Position numbers and translations under genes: made by a program. This document shows, piece by piece, positions 34,441-47,479 of a DNA stretch of 60,000 nucleotides. This DNA comes from Felis catus (Eukaryota). The stretch is from contig NC_058368.1 in assembly GCF_018350175.1 (NCBI RefSeq), positions 47,928,001 through 47,988,000 on the forward strand, written 5' to 3'. Position 1 is the stretch's first letter, and every line of letters begins with the position of its first letter. The notes beneath the pieces are model-generated. The model ran no database searches and was not told where the DNA came from. It worked only from the letters and a program-made list of their open reading frames with translations.

Positions 34441-35820
34441 GGAGTAAATCTTACCCTCCCCAATTCCAAGGGGGTAATTTTTCTTATTCTTCTGCTGTTA
34501 GAAATTCAGGTGCGGTTTGAAACGTACTGCTTTATGGCATCTGGCTTAGCACCATGTGTATGCTAGATGCTTAATTAGTATTTCTAGAGGAGAATTCTTT
34601 CTAAATCTCGAATGGTTTAAATGTGATCTTTTCTGAAGTTAGGGAAATATATTTTTTGGCTTTTCTATATAATGATCGTAGAGAATTAATTATTGAAATG
34701 ATTTGTGACACATTTTATTTCTACCCTTTCCTTCACAAATGGTGAACACTGTTTTTGGGAAACATAGAGTCATAATTCCAACACGCACCCTAGTACTATT
34801 TAGAAGTCATATACCACAGCCTTTTCCCAAGTTTATTTAATAAATACCTGAGGAGTTTTCAGCATAATTAAATGTGTTTCCTTCACCATGATAAAAATGT
34901 GATACTTTCAACTCTGTGAGAAACAGGCAAATGTGACTATCTGTGGATGTGTGTGTTACCCATATATTACAATGTCTGTGTTTGAAGTTAATCTTTTCCT
35001 GAACAGACTTAAGAGAGGTCTCAGTGAATGCTTGTAAATTTGAGTCAGTGTTGGAGAGCAGTAAAAAATAAGGAATGAGCGGATTTCGACAAGATAGCCG
35101 TTTACTGCTATGAAAGTACACTGTGCTACCCCACCCTAAAAGTCATGGCAATAGGCAGCTATGGGGGCTCATAAAGAGCTGACAACACTTACACTGAACT
35201 ACAGCAAATCCTGTGATGAACAATGCTGAGGCAGGCCATAAGATTTCCCAGGGCTGGCCAAATTCTCCTTTGATCAAGGGAAGATTGTCTCGTTTGGGTA
35301 CAAATGTGTGGCCCCTGAATGTTGCACATCCTCTACTGATTTTGCTTGAATTGAGCACAAATTCAAGTTTTTAAAGACAAATATTTCCACATATCTAAGT
35401 ATGGCAAGACTTTCTAACCTGGGGTAAAGTGTAAATAAACTCTGTTAGGATATTAGTGTATATATTTTCCATACTTTTTAAATAGCCACATTTTTATAAA
35501 TGCCTTTCGAAAGAATGTGCGGTTATAAAAATAAATTATAGGGAATGTAAAGATAAATTTGTAGGGAGATGTATTTTGCTTTACCTGCAAATTCAACCTT
35601 TATGTACAATTTTGATAACAGTTTGGTAACAAACAATTTTGATAACAGTTGTTATGGGGCACTAGTATTTGTTTCTTAGCATGATTAGAAATTTGATTCA
35701 GGAGAAAATGTCTATTTTTATATATTTGCAGTGTTGATTCAATGATTCAACTGCCACTTTCTTCAAGAAGCTTTTTCTGTTTCATGATATCCATACAGAG
35801 ATTAATCAGAGCAATTTTGT

Positions 35821-36016
35821 GGTGCCTGGGTGGCTTAGTCAGTTGAGCACCTGACTCTTGATTTTGGCTCAGGTCATGATTTCTCAATTGTGGGATTGAG
35901 CCCTGTGTCAGGCCCCATGCTGAGCATGGAGCCTGCTTAAGATTCTCTCTCCCTCTGCCCCACCTCCCTGCTCTCTCTCTCTCTCAAAAAAGAAAAAAAA
36001 ACAAAAAAACAAAAAA
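35821..36016 (+). mobile_element. Can-SINE (older subfamily)
   Basis: TSD cagagcaattttgtg. Confidence 0.96.
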
Positions 36017-36602
36017 CAGAGCAATTTTGTGTAGATACTATCTTTTTTCCTCTTTCCCTTTCCTTCCACATATATACACATCTAGTCCGTGTTATGGAAA
36101 TGGAAATGATTTAAACCTAACTGTATTAGTAGTAAATTATGTATGTATTAAGAGATTTTAATACAGGTGTCTTTTCAGAAAACTTTCAGTTTTCTAAAAC
36201 GTTTAAATCTTCTATTTTTTGTGGTATACTAAGCTTATATATAATAAGTATCTCTTTCATCAAAAAGGTATAATAAAGCTTCCTACAGACTGGGACTATA
36301 TGCTTTTCAACTTACACATTTCATAGACTTTAATATAGAAATTTCAAACTTTTTCATAAATATGTTTTTCATTAAATAGATTAGAATACTTCACTTTTTT
36401 TTCCCTCATGAGGCTCATTTAGGTGACATAATTCACTAATTTTAAAATTAAACTGCATGTGCATTACATCTCAATAAAACTGGGATAAAAACAAAATTAA
36501 ACTCTTATTATCTTACGTCCCGTAACATCTATATTTTCATTGACATTTGTCATCATTATTATAGAGAATCTGAGGGGCTGCTCGTAGTGCATAGAATTCA
36601 AT

Positions 36603-36830
36603 CAGTGTGCGCGTGAGAGTGGGTGGGTAGAGGTGGTTCACCTTGAGCACAGGCAATGGGCGGTTGCAATGTCCGTGGAGAACTTAAAAACAACTTAAAG
36701 GCAACTAAACATCAGTGTGCTTTCATTATGACCACAGGTCAGCATCACTAAACAATGTCAGAGATCACCGATTCCTCCCAGAGTGGACCGCTTCAAAGCC
36801 TTCCTCTCATCTAGTCTTGGTATGCCAATG
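36603..36830. mobile_element. hAT-Tip100-like MITE (MER97-like)
   Basis: caggcaatggg...tgtccgtggagaacttaaaaacaac...ctaaacaatgtcag...ggaccgct...cttggtatgccaatg terminus. Confidence 0.5.
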
Positions 36831-36845
36831 CTTTGGACCACAATT

Positions 36846-37085
36846 AAAAAAAAATTTTTTTTAATGATTATTTATTTTTGAGAGAGGGAGGGAGACAAAG
36901 TGCGAGCTGGGAGGGGCAGACAGAGAGGGAGACACAGAATCTGAAGCAGGCTCCAGGCTCTGAGCTGTCAGCACAGAGCCCGACGCGGGGCTGGAACCCA
37001 CGAACTGCGAGATCATGGTCAGGTCTATGATCATGGCCTGTGCCAAAATCAGACACTTAACCTACTGAGCCACCCAGGCACCCCC
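36846..37085 (-). mobile_element. Can-SINE
   Basis: Antisense full-length copy with duplicated gatcatgg. Confidence 0.95.
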
Positions 37086-37759
37086 GGGCCCCGGTGTTTT
37101 AAGCTAAATTGCTCATTATTTCACAGAAGTTAGATATTTCAAAGCTTTAACATTTTATAAAAAGAATTTTGTAGACTTTTGAATGATCTTTAGTTTCAAA
37201 GAATTTGGCCATCTCAAGGCAGAGAGCAGTTTTGTCTTCATTTAGTGATGATAAAGGACACTCATTGACTAGGATTCTGGGCTCAAAAAGTTGAGAGTTC
37301 TTTTGGCAGAGGCAGTGGGGGTGGGTGGCCTTTCGAAACCTAACTCCGCCCTAAGTGTTCAAAAAGAACTTTTCAATGTCTTTCATATTCTCTGATCTTC
37401 TCTTTTATCTGCCTTACTGTAAATGTGGGCAACTATACTTGGCCATTAAAGATAAGCAAAGGGAGCTGGCTAGAATTGAGAAACTGGCCACAAAGAATAC
37501 ATGCTTGAGTAATTAAGATATCAATACATCATTTTTATAGTTCTCATAATGTGTTTGCTGAGGACATCACCACAAACAACTCACAGCATGTGATTTCACT
37601 TCATTGAAAACATTAAGGGAACAATCATAATAATGCTTTTCTCTAGTGATTCCTTGATTATTTATTATAACTTTTAATAGTCGAACAACTATGTATGAAA
37701 ACTTAAAGCAACAAGGTGATTGGAATACATTTATACTGAGAAAGGTAGTGTTTTTCGGT

Positions 37760-37950
37760 AAAAATAAAACTGACTCTAGATCCACCATTTACTAATTGCG
37801 TGGTAACTTCCAGCAAGCCAGTTAGCACCTTACAGCCCACATTTCCTGGTCTAAAAAGGGGAATGATAGTAGCTAAAGTAACCCTCCTCTGGGGTTATTG
37901 TGGAAAGCAAGGCAAACAGTGTATGTGAAATGACTTTGAAAACTCTAAAG
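37760..37950 (+). mobile_element. MIR
   Basis: ccaccatttactaattgcgtggtaactt...gggttattgtggaa...gtatgtgaaatgactttgaaaactctaaag. Confidence 0.65.
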
Positions 37951-38140
37951 CAGAGTTGGCAAACTCAAGTCTACGGAAGCCAGCAGACAACACAAATGTG
38001 TGAATCAGACTTAGTGTAACAATAGGGACACTCGGGTATGTGGCTGGGCTGGAGAGTCTGACCCATGATTAAAGCCATTCAAATGTAATTATTTGTTTTG
38101 TCAAATGTACCAGTCAGACAAAGCAGTCTGAGTTTCACTG
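37951..38140. mobile_element. hAT-Charlie MITE (MER102-like)
   Basis: cagagttggcaaactcaa...cacaaatgtgtgaa...gtgtaacaataggga...ctggagag. Confidence 0.5.
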
Positions 38141-39407
38141 GTTCTAACTCTAATTCAAAAAGTTAATACAAATGTGACTTTGTATCTATGGGGATGTGTA
38201 TCACACCTGTATCTGAAATAAAAGCAAAAAAACTAGCCATTGAATGTGCTTATCTAACAGCAGAAAGGATTTAGATGGAATAATAGGGAAAACTTTCCAA
38301 AAACTTCAAAATTATATTCTCCACATATCAGCTTGGAATACAACTATGGTTATATACAACCACATGTCTGTGTTGGCACAAAGTCCCGTATCTTCCTCCT
38401 GAGTCCTCTCCTGCCCCTCCTCAACTGTCAAAGATCCCGGAGAAGGAACCTTAGGTGGGTCAGGGGATAGGACACAGAGTCAACAGGGGCACTGTCCTGG
38501 CTCTTTGTTATGTTTCGGCTGCTGTCCCACATTACTGCTGAACACATGTCCTGCACAGTCAGGTCACTGGTATCCATTGGCTGTTCTGCTCTGTGCTGGC
38601 TGGCTTCAGGCCCTCCAAACTCACGGTAATGTCTCATTCTTGGTGGGCAGGTTATAGCTGCTTTGATTTACTGATAAGCTCGCCTAATTTTCTTCCCATG
38701 TACAGTTTTGTGTCAGGTGTGAAGAGTCAAAGAACTGCCTGAAACAAACAAACAAATAAATTAATAAACAAACAATGAATGAGAGTGAAAAAGTCATGTG
38801 CAGGATAAGGTAGAACACACTTGGAGAGGAAAAGGACAGATGAAGTAATGGCAGAAAATATGACTAATATTTAACTTAAATACTAGTTACTTTGGGGGAG
38901 ATTAGAATAATTAGATAAAAAGCAATTAATTAAAGATATAATAAAGAAAAGCTTTTTCAGCTAAAAATAAATGAGTATAGAGATTGAAAACTTTTGCAGT
39001 ATTCTACACAAATCATTGAAAAGAGCTGAATACCTAAAAACTCTTGCAACATTTAAAATAATCATTTATTTTTTATATAAGTAAAATAGTCACATAATCA
39101 AAATTGAAAATGTACAGAATTGTTAGTGAAGGGAAATCTTTACCCTATCTCTATCTCTTGTCTTTTTATACAAATGGTGGCATTCTATACATATTTTATT
39201 CTATGACTTTATTTGTTTTTTTTTTAAATAATTACTAGTATTATTAAAGACTGTTTCGTATCTTCCAATCAATGAGCTTTTTCCTTCTTTTTCTTCTGTT
39301 TTCCAATTACTATATGATGGGCTTTTATCTTTTTTGAAAAACAGCACAGCCAGCTCAAAGTCATCAAACCATATCCATATGCACAGAACTTTTAAAAAGG
39401 CTTTTAG

Positions 39408-39634
39408 GGGGCGCCTGGGTGGCTCAGTCGGTTAAGCGGCCGACTTCAGCTCAGGTTATGATTTCACGGTCTGTGAATTTGAGCCCCGCGTCGGGCTCTG
39501 TGCTGACAGCTCAGAGCCTGGAGCCTGTTTCAGATTCTGTGTCTCCCTCTCTCTGACCCTCCCCTGCTCATGATCTGTCTCTCTCTGTCTCAAAAATAAA
39601 TAAACGTTAAAAATAATAATAAAATAAAATAAAA
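39408..39634 (+). mobile_element. Young Can-SINE followed by an extra 31-nt segment and a second poly-A
   Basis: Near-consensus; TSD aaaaaRgcttttag (39394-39407, 39674-39687). Confidence 0.97.
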
Positions 39635-39749
39635 GCCAGGTGGTTACTTCAAATTAAAGTACATTAAAAAAAAAAAAAAGCTTTTAGTCCCTCTTAACCA
39701 TGAGCAGACAATCAAGGGTTACTACATATTGGAAAAATACTTCTGACAT

Positions 39750-40260
39750 GAAAGAAAGAGACCAGACAAATAGAGCAATGGAAAAAAAGGCAACTTTGAA
39801 AAAAATGGGGGTTATTCATGAAGAAGAAAACTTAAAAAAATATATAGCATTTATAACCTTAGCAAGATAAAGGAAGCAAATGTATCCATGAAATAATAAG
39901 TGCATGATATAGAAATGGAACATTCAGGGAACAAAAGGGATTATTGGATGTTAAAAGTATGTTAATAGAAATGAAAACCTCTCTAAGTATTGGAAAAATC
40001 AGCTTGAGCTAATAGTCTAGAAATTAGAACAAAAGACAATGATTTGGAACATACAAGAGCACAGATAAGAAAAAAATCATAGCACCGTATCAGAAGAACC
40101 AATACCTCAAAAGCACAAGTTACAGAAATAGAAAACTTTAGAAAAACCAGAAAAGATGAAATCATTAATGATATGATTCAAGAAAATTTCCTATAACTCT
40201 GAGTTTCCCAGTCAAGAGTTTCTATTAGTGGATGAAGCTAGATCCGTAACAAGATTTTTA
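39750..40260 (+). mobile_element. Ancient L1/HAL1 ORF1-like remnant
   Basis: A-rich; gaacattcagggaacaaaagg...ttaaaagtatg...atagaaatgaaaa...attcaagaaaatttcc. Confidence 0.5.
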
Positions 40261-40366
40261 GGGGCATTGCCTAAATGATGAACCAACGAGAAATAAGGCA
40301 ACAAAGAAAAGGTAGAGTACCAAAATTACCTTTATTACTGAAAAGGTCTAAACTGGAGAACATAAC

Positions 40367-40793
40367 TGTGCTAGTTTCCTAAGGCTGCTGTAACACAGTA
40401 TCACAAATTGAGTGGCTTAAAATAACAGAAATTTATTATCTCATAGTTCTGGAAGCTGGGAGTCTGAAATCAAGCAGGGCCTCACTACTTCTGAAACCTG
40501 TATGGGAGAATCCTTCCTCACCTCTTCTAGTTTCTGGTGTTTGTTGATAATCTTTGGTGTTCCTTAGCTTATATGCATCACTCCAATCTCTGTGTCCATT
40601 GGCACACAGCTATCTCTCCCTGTGTGTCTCTCTTCTTCTAGGGTCACCAGTTATCCTAGATTCAGGACCCTCCTAATGACCTCAACTTAGTTACATCTGC
40701 AAGGACCCTATTTCCAAATGAGGCTATATTCATCGATCCTGAGGGTTAGGACTTCAAAATATCTTTTGGGGACACAAAATTCATCCCGTAATA
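40367..40793 (-). mobile_element. ERVL-MaLR solo LTR (MLT1C-like)
   Basis: tagtttcctaaggctgctgtaaca...gtggcttaaaataacagaaatttatt...ttacatctgcaaggaccctatttccaaat...gggttaggacttcaa. Confidence 0.9.
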
Positions 40794-40999
40794 ATAAATT
40801 AGGGTGAGAGCCAAATGGACCAACTACTGAAACTCAGAATATGGCCGACTTACCTTTATAGTCATGGTGCTCTACTTTGGGGTGGGACTCTCCATATCAA
40901 GTCAAACTTATGGCATGGAGAGCAGAGAGGAGCTCTTATTCCCTGCAGTAAGTTAACTCTCAAGAAGGAAAAGCTTGGAGCAGAGCTAAGCATGCTCAG

Positions 41000-41635
41000 G
41001 TTTTTTTTTTTCCCTACTGATTTTTTTAAATTTATTTTTTATTATATGAAATTTATTATCAAATTAGTTTCCATACAACACCCAGTGCTCATCCCAAAAG
41101 ATGCCCTCTTCAATGCCCATCACCTACCCTCCCCTCCCTCCCACCCCCATCAACCCTCAGTTTGTTCTCAGTTTTTAAGAGTCTCTTATGCTTTGGCTCT
41201 CTCCCACTCTAACCTCTTTTTTTTTTTTCCTTCCCCTCCCCCATGGGTTTCTGTTAAGTTTCTCAGGATCCTCATGAAAGTGAAAACATATGGTATCTGT
41301 CTTTCTCTGTATGGCTTATTTCACTTAGCATCACAGTCTCCAGTTCCATCCATGTTGCTACAAAGGGCCATGTTTCATTCTTTCTCATTGCCACGTAGTA
41401 CTCCATTGTGTATATAAACCACAATTTCTTTATCCATTCATCAGTTGATGGAAATTTAGGCTTTTTCCACAATTTGGCTATTGTTGAGAGTGCTGCTATA
41501 AATATTGGGGTACAAGTGCCCTATACATCGGTACTCCTGTATCACTTGGGTAAATTCCTAGCAGTGCTACTGCTGGGTCATAGGGTAGGTCTATTTTTAA
41601 TTTTTTGAGGAACCTCCACACTGTTTTCCAGAGTG
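41000..41635 (-). mobile_element. Young felid L1 3' fragment
   Basis: ORF2 end WKKPKFPSTDEWIKKLWFIYTMEYY; felid-type 3'UTR; TSD agcatgctcag (40989-40999, 41636-41646). Confidence 0.95.
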
Positions 41636-41932
41636 AGCATGCTCAGTTTTTTGCAATAGATTAGCTTAAGCCACTTCTTCTCCAGGGAGATGTGAGTAAA
41701 GACTGCAAAGTGACAGAAGAGTTTCCATGTAAGGAAACATCAGGAGTGAGGGGAAAGCTTTCTTCAACACAAATATCAAAAATCAATTTGGAAAAAAAGT
41801 CCATAAAATGTAAAAAAAAAAAAAAAATCATGACAATGTGACTTTGAAACTCCAAATTATATTAGAAAGACTAGGAAGTCAGGGATAAATTTCTCATCTT
41901 GTATAGGTAAACTCAAAGTTAACATAATTCTT

Positions 41933-42665
41933 GGTTAAAATTAACAACACAAGAAACAACAGGTGTTGGCAAGGATGCAGAGAAAGGGGAACTCTCTTAC
42001 ACTGTTGGTGGAAATGCAAATTGGTGTGGCCACTCTGGAAAATAGTCTGGAATTTCCTCAAAAAGTTAAAAATAGAACTACCCTATGACCCAACAATTGC
42101 CCTACTACGTATTTACCCAAAGGATACAAAAATCTGATTCAAAGGGAAACATGAATCCCGATGTTTACAGCAGCACTATCGATAACAGCCAAATTATGGA
42201 AAGAGCCCAAATGTCCATTGATTGATGAATGGATAAAGAAGATGTGGTGTATATATATATACATAATGGAATATTCCTCAGCCATAAAAAAGAATGAAAT
42301 CTTGCCATTTGCAGTGACGTGGATGGAGCTAGAGTGTATTGGGCTAAACAAAATAAGTCAGAGAAAGACAAATACATTATGTTTTCACTTGCATTTGGAA
42401 TTTAAGAAACAAAACAGATGCATGTGGGGAAGGGAAAAAGAAAAATAGAGGGAGACAAACCATAACAGATTTAACTATAGAGAATAAACTGAGGGTTGCT
42501 GGAGGGGAGGTGGGCAGGGGGTGGGCTAAATGGGTGATAGGTACTTAGGAAAGCATTTGTTGGGATGAGCACTGGATGTTATATGTAAGTGATGAACCAC
42601 TAAATTCTGCTCCTGAAACCAATGTTGCACTGTATGTTAACTAGAATTTAAATAACTACTCAAAA
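41933..42665 (+). mobile_element. Carnivore L1 3' fragment
   Basis: [22 protein letters not shown]...PYDPTIALL; 3'UTR; TSD aaagttaacatMattctt. Confidence 0.95.
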
Positions 42666-43129
42666 AAAGTTAACATCATTCTTGACTTTGAAGATCAGGA
42701 AATATATATTGTAAAATATATGTTTTTTTAAAAACGGAAATATCATTATAAGCATTAGAACATTGGCTATATACTTTCTAAAAAAACTCTAGAGAGCATA
42801 AAAATAAACAAAGTGCAGTTCATAGATTATAGAATAAAAAGAAAACATCCAAGATGAAACAAGGAAGCATAGAAAGTATTCGCATATAAGACTTTAAAAG
42901 ATTAAACATACCTGTTCTAACAGTAATGTAAACAATATAAAGACTCCATTAGGTGTCCCAGAGACTCAGTTAATTAAATCACAAAATAATAATGGTCAAA
43001 AGCTGATCAACAAGTATAACAAAAAAAGGAAACAAGGATAACAATATTGTATACAAAAAAATCACTAATAAAATGAAATTTATAGTGCTGAACAACAACA
43101 GAGAAAGATATATGAAAGGAAACTTTGCA

Positions 43130-43245
43130 GGGGTGCCTGGCTGGCTCAGTTGGAGGAGCGTGCAACTCTTGATCTCAGGGTCATGAGTTTGAACCTCATG
43201 TTAAGTATAGAGTTACTTAAATAAATACAAACTTAAAAAAAAAAA
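43130..43245 (+). mobile_element. Short old Can-SINE (SINEC_old-like)
   Basis: ggggtgcctggctggctcagttggaggagcgtgcaactcttgatctcaggg; TSD aaaggaaacttt. Confidence 0.88.
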
Positions 43246-44291
43246 AAAGGAAACTTTACAAATAAGAGGAGAAATTGACAGAAGCAATGACCATTTCTCA
43301 ATCTCTCCAGAACTTCCTTCCTGCCCCTTGTCTCAGGTAAGGGCATACAGAATCTGAACAATGAATTAATGAAAATGAATTGATAAGTATATAGTACATA
43401 AACAAAATTATAATTCTTTTCAAGTGTTTATGGAGTATTTCTAAAATTTGATCAGATATTTGTTTATAGTCATACACTAAGTCATACACTAAGAAATGAA
43501 CCACGTTCTCTGACTGCAAGATAAAAAAACAAAAATAAACAGTAAAATTTAAGACAAAATTCAAATTTTTTCAAATGTTGAAATGATTTCTCAAATCACC
43601 ACTCATTCAAATTATTATAGTCTGAGTTTAAAAAATGCATGTAAATCTTTTGGGGAAAATTGGATGGTACGAAATTCCTATTCTGAAGCAAATCCATAGT
43701 CCTACATTATATGACAAGAATAAAAGGAAATATATTAAGTATTCAACTCAAGGTGGGAGAAAAAAACCTCTGAAACAACACTAAAGAAACAAAGTCAAAA
43801 TACTCTGGAGAAGATTGTTATTTTGACACTGAACCCTTCTAGTTCTAAAAATAAATATGTCTAAAACTCAGTGGGATTGACAAACAATTTTATTTACGAT
43901 TCCTCTTAATTCTGCTCCTATAAGATGCTGTTGTGTGAACTGTAGAAGTATGTTCACCTAATTACAAGATGGGTTCCAGAACAACTGAAAGAAGATGGCT
44001 AATTGGAGAAAAGGCAAATGAGGAAATATATAAAGTAGTAAATGTGGGAAGGCCAATGCAAATTCTCGATCATAGAATTGTTTTGTTTAGGTTTTACTGA
44101 TGTTTTTCAAAAAAGTATTTGCAAATGACAAACCCTAGACATTCACAAAAACAAGGTAACTACCTTTCAGGAGTAGATGGAGCCATTTGTTGGGTAGATA
44201 CCATTTCTGGTAGTTAATCTATTCATTACCCATGGTAGGGTATCTGATATAGGAATCTATTGCATTGCTGAAAGGTGTGCTTCCCACCTGT

Positions 44292-45218
44292 CCCCAGCTT
44301 TATTAAGGTATAATTGACAAGTAAAATTGTATACATTTAAAGTTTACACCATGATGATTTGCTATATGTATACATTGAGAAATATACACCATTATCAAAT
44401 TAACACATCCATCATCTCATATTGTTACTTATCTTTTTTTGTTGTTGTGAGAATGCTTAGGATTTACTCTCTTAGCAAATTCCAAGTATACAATACAGTA
44501 TTGTTCACTAGGTTGCAATGCTGTGCATTAGATCCTTAGAACTTACTCATCTTATAACTGAAACTTTGATTTAATCAACATCTCCCCATCCTCCCACCCT
44601 TAGTCCCTGGCAACCACCGTTTTATTCTGTTTCTAGTAGTTCAATTTTTTTTTTTTTTTTTAGATTCCACATATAAGCGATACCATGCAGAATCTGTCTT
44701 TCTGTGTGTTTGGCTTATTTCACTCAGAATAATGCCCTCCAGGTTCATGTATGTTGTCACAAATGGCAGTATTTCCTTTTTTTAAGTGACTGAAAAATAC
44801 TCTAACATATGTGCATACTGTAGTTTCTGTATTAATTCATCTGTTGATGGACACTTAGGTTGTTTCCTTATCTTGGCTATTATAAATTCTGCAATGAACT
44901 TGGGAGTGCAGATTACCTCTTTGAGATACTGATCTTGTTTCCTTCCATTATATGCCCAGAAGTGGAATGAGTGGATCATATGGTAGTTCTATTTTTAATT
45001 TTTTGAGGAACTTCCATAAGGAACCACTGTTCCATGGTGGCTGCACCAATTTACATTCCCGCCTACAGCGCACAAGAGTTTCCTTTTCTCCACATCTTCC
45101 TCGCCAGCATTTGTTGTCTCTTGTCTTTTTGATAGTAGCCACTCTAACAGATGTGAGGCGGTATCTTATTGTGGTTTTGATTTGCATTTCCTTGATGATT
45201 AGTGATGATGAGCACCTT
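44292..45218 (-). mobile_element. L1MA9-like 3' fragment
   Basis: tttactctcttagcaaattccaagtatacaatacagtattg; ORF2 end [23 protein letters not shown]...[11 protein letters not shown]. Confidence 0.9.
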
Positions 45219-45459
45219 GAAAAAGTATGCTTTAAATATTGAAAATACTTTGGAACATTTGGAATAAGTATTGGAATTCTAAAATAAAGACTGAGAAAAC
45301 TTGTAGGCAAGAACAGCTATCATTTTTATATTTATATTGCTAGTGATTAGCAATTTGAATTTGTGCTATAATTAGTTATTGAATGAAGCCTCCTCAGTAT
45401 GTGTATATTTATTATTCCTCAAAGAAAGGAATAATTGAAAAGTATGGAGAATAGCCAAG

Positions 45460-45640
45460 CTACGTGATAGAACTGGGAAGAAGTTCTTTGGGAGGGAGCA
45501 CGAGTGATCTCTCTGAGGCGAGAAAACCTTCCATATCTTGATCTGGCTGGTTGTTACAGAAGGTATACAGAGGTAAAAATTGCTTGATCTGCCCACTAAG
45601 GGTTTGTACATTTTACTGTGTATAAATTATGCCTCAAAAA
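45460..45640 (+). mobile_element. Old L1 (L1MC/MD-like) 3' end
   Basis: atatcttgatctggctggttgttacag...tgtacattttactgtgtataaattatgcctcaa. Confidence 0.65.
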
Positions 45641-46165
45641 CTGAAACGTTTAAAACTGAACAGATGAAAAAAGTTGCGTGCAAAAAAGCTTATTCTTTAG
45701 AATGTTCGACCAACTTTTGCTACTTGTTTCTTTTCTCCTAGTAAGCAAAAGCATTTAAATTTGACTCAGTTTTGGTGTGCAATGCATACAGCACCTTTGT
45801 GAAATTTGTTAGTACAGTTTTCTATCTCCAAATAGTATATAACTCTTATACTGGCACTTGTGACAGTAAGTGCAGGGTAAATATTCAAGATCATGTTCAC
45901 TTTTCCAACTTTACAAATCATCCCCTGTACAAGGAGCAATCAAAATATGTGTTGAAAATGGAGGATTTATCTAATCAATTTCCTAGACACTTTAAAAAAT
46001 ATACTTTTATAATTCCCTTAATTCTGGCTATCTTCTTGAGTCACAGCTGTGAGCAAAATATAAAGAGCACGAATTAAGACTGTTCAAGTGATTTGAACAA
46101 GGTGGTAATTTGTTCTCTAGAGATGGCTACTTTAGTCCCTTTCTCAACTTAAATCCGTTTTCTCT

Positions 46166-46269
46166 GTGGCTCCTGGCTGGCTCAGTCAGTAGAACATGTG
46201 ATTTTCAATCTTGGGCTGAGTTCAAGCCCCACACTGGACATGAAGCTTACTTTAAAGAAAAAGAAAAAA
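46166..46269 (+). mobile_element. Short old Can-SINE
   Basis: cctggctggctcagtcagtagaacatgtga...gagttcaagccccac; TSD aaatccRttttct. Confidence 0.85.
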
Positions 46270-46619
46270 AAATCCATTTTCTGAAAAGATGTAACAAATT
46301 CACAATTACAGATGGCTCATATTTTTCACTTATAGCTAGCATGTGAGGTCCAGTTATCACTTGTTGGCGTTAGTATAATCTCAGAAACATTTTTCCCATG
46401 GTCAAGTTGGGTTTCAAAGATTGCATTTATCAAGTCTTGGAAATTGACAAGCATTTTGGGTGGGAGATATGTGTTATTGTCTGTGCCCTTGACTCAGCCC
46501 TTGGGTGTGGTGTTTTCATTTGGACACATTGGGTCAGATTGAATTGTACCAGCACAAATGTCTACTGAGCTTGTTTTTAAACTATGGATCTAATCTTAAG
46601 GAAGGTAAGTTTTCTAATT

Positions 46620-46832
46620 ATTTTTAATGTTTATTTATTTTTGAGAGAGAGAGAGAGAGATAGAGTGCGAGTGGGGGAAGGGCAGAGAGAAAGACAGACA
46701 CAGAATCCAAAGCAGGCCTCAGGCTCTGAGCTGTCAGCACAGAGCCCCACGTGGGGCTCAAACTCAGAAGCTGTGAGATTGTGACCTGAGCTGAAGTCTG
46801 ATGCTTAACCAACTGAGCCACCCAGATGCTCC
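46620..46832 (-). mobile_element. Can-SINE
   Basis: TSD taagttttctaatt. Confidence 0.96.
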
Positions 46833-47479
46833 TAAGTTTTCTAATTTTTGAATGGGTATGTTGGTTAGAGCAGGAGGACAGGAATACTACAAAATTATTT
46901 CTTAAAAATTAAGTAACAAAGACAATCTTTGAATATTTAACCAAATCCTTCCATATTTAGGACTCATTTATCTAGTAAGTATAAAAAGAGAATCTACAAG
47001 TTTATTACCTCAAATTGTGAACAAAGTATTTGCCAGGACTGTTAAACACATATGAGTTTAACTGTGGCATTAATGTACAACTTTGTGAGTGTAAAGGATT
47101 TTTCTTGCAAGAAATTTAATACACTTTATGCCTTAGGTGATCACCCTTAACCCTTTACTAACTCATTTATTCTACCTTGCTTAAAACTCAGCTATACTTT
47201 ACTTCTTGTCATATGAATCCATTTGAATAACCTCACTCGATAGTTTTTAAAATTCTCCAAAGAGATTAATTTTAACTAATTCATCATTTTTGTTTTACAG
47301 AGCCATTACTGGGCTCAGATTACCTCTCAAAGCAGAAAGTAATCAAACTGTATCTATCAGTATGTTAAGGAAGATATTTCTACATTGGGAAAGCTGTTGG
47401 ACTAGACCTCCAAGACCCTTCAGACTCTAGGATACTAGGCCTGGATACTATTTAGGGTTAAAGTAACCAACCGGGGCTC

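Noticed and set aside
40815..41417. Longest ORF (200 aa)
   Set aside because: Mostly the antisense strand of an L1 3'UTR/ORF2 end plus poly-T; no coding signature.
43130..43245. tRNA-like sequences (also 13040, 27655, 46166)
   Set aside because: Short old Can-SINEs with A-rich tails (most with TSDs), not intact tRNA genes.
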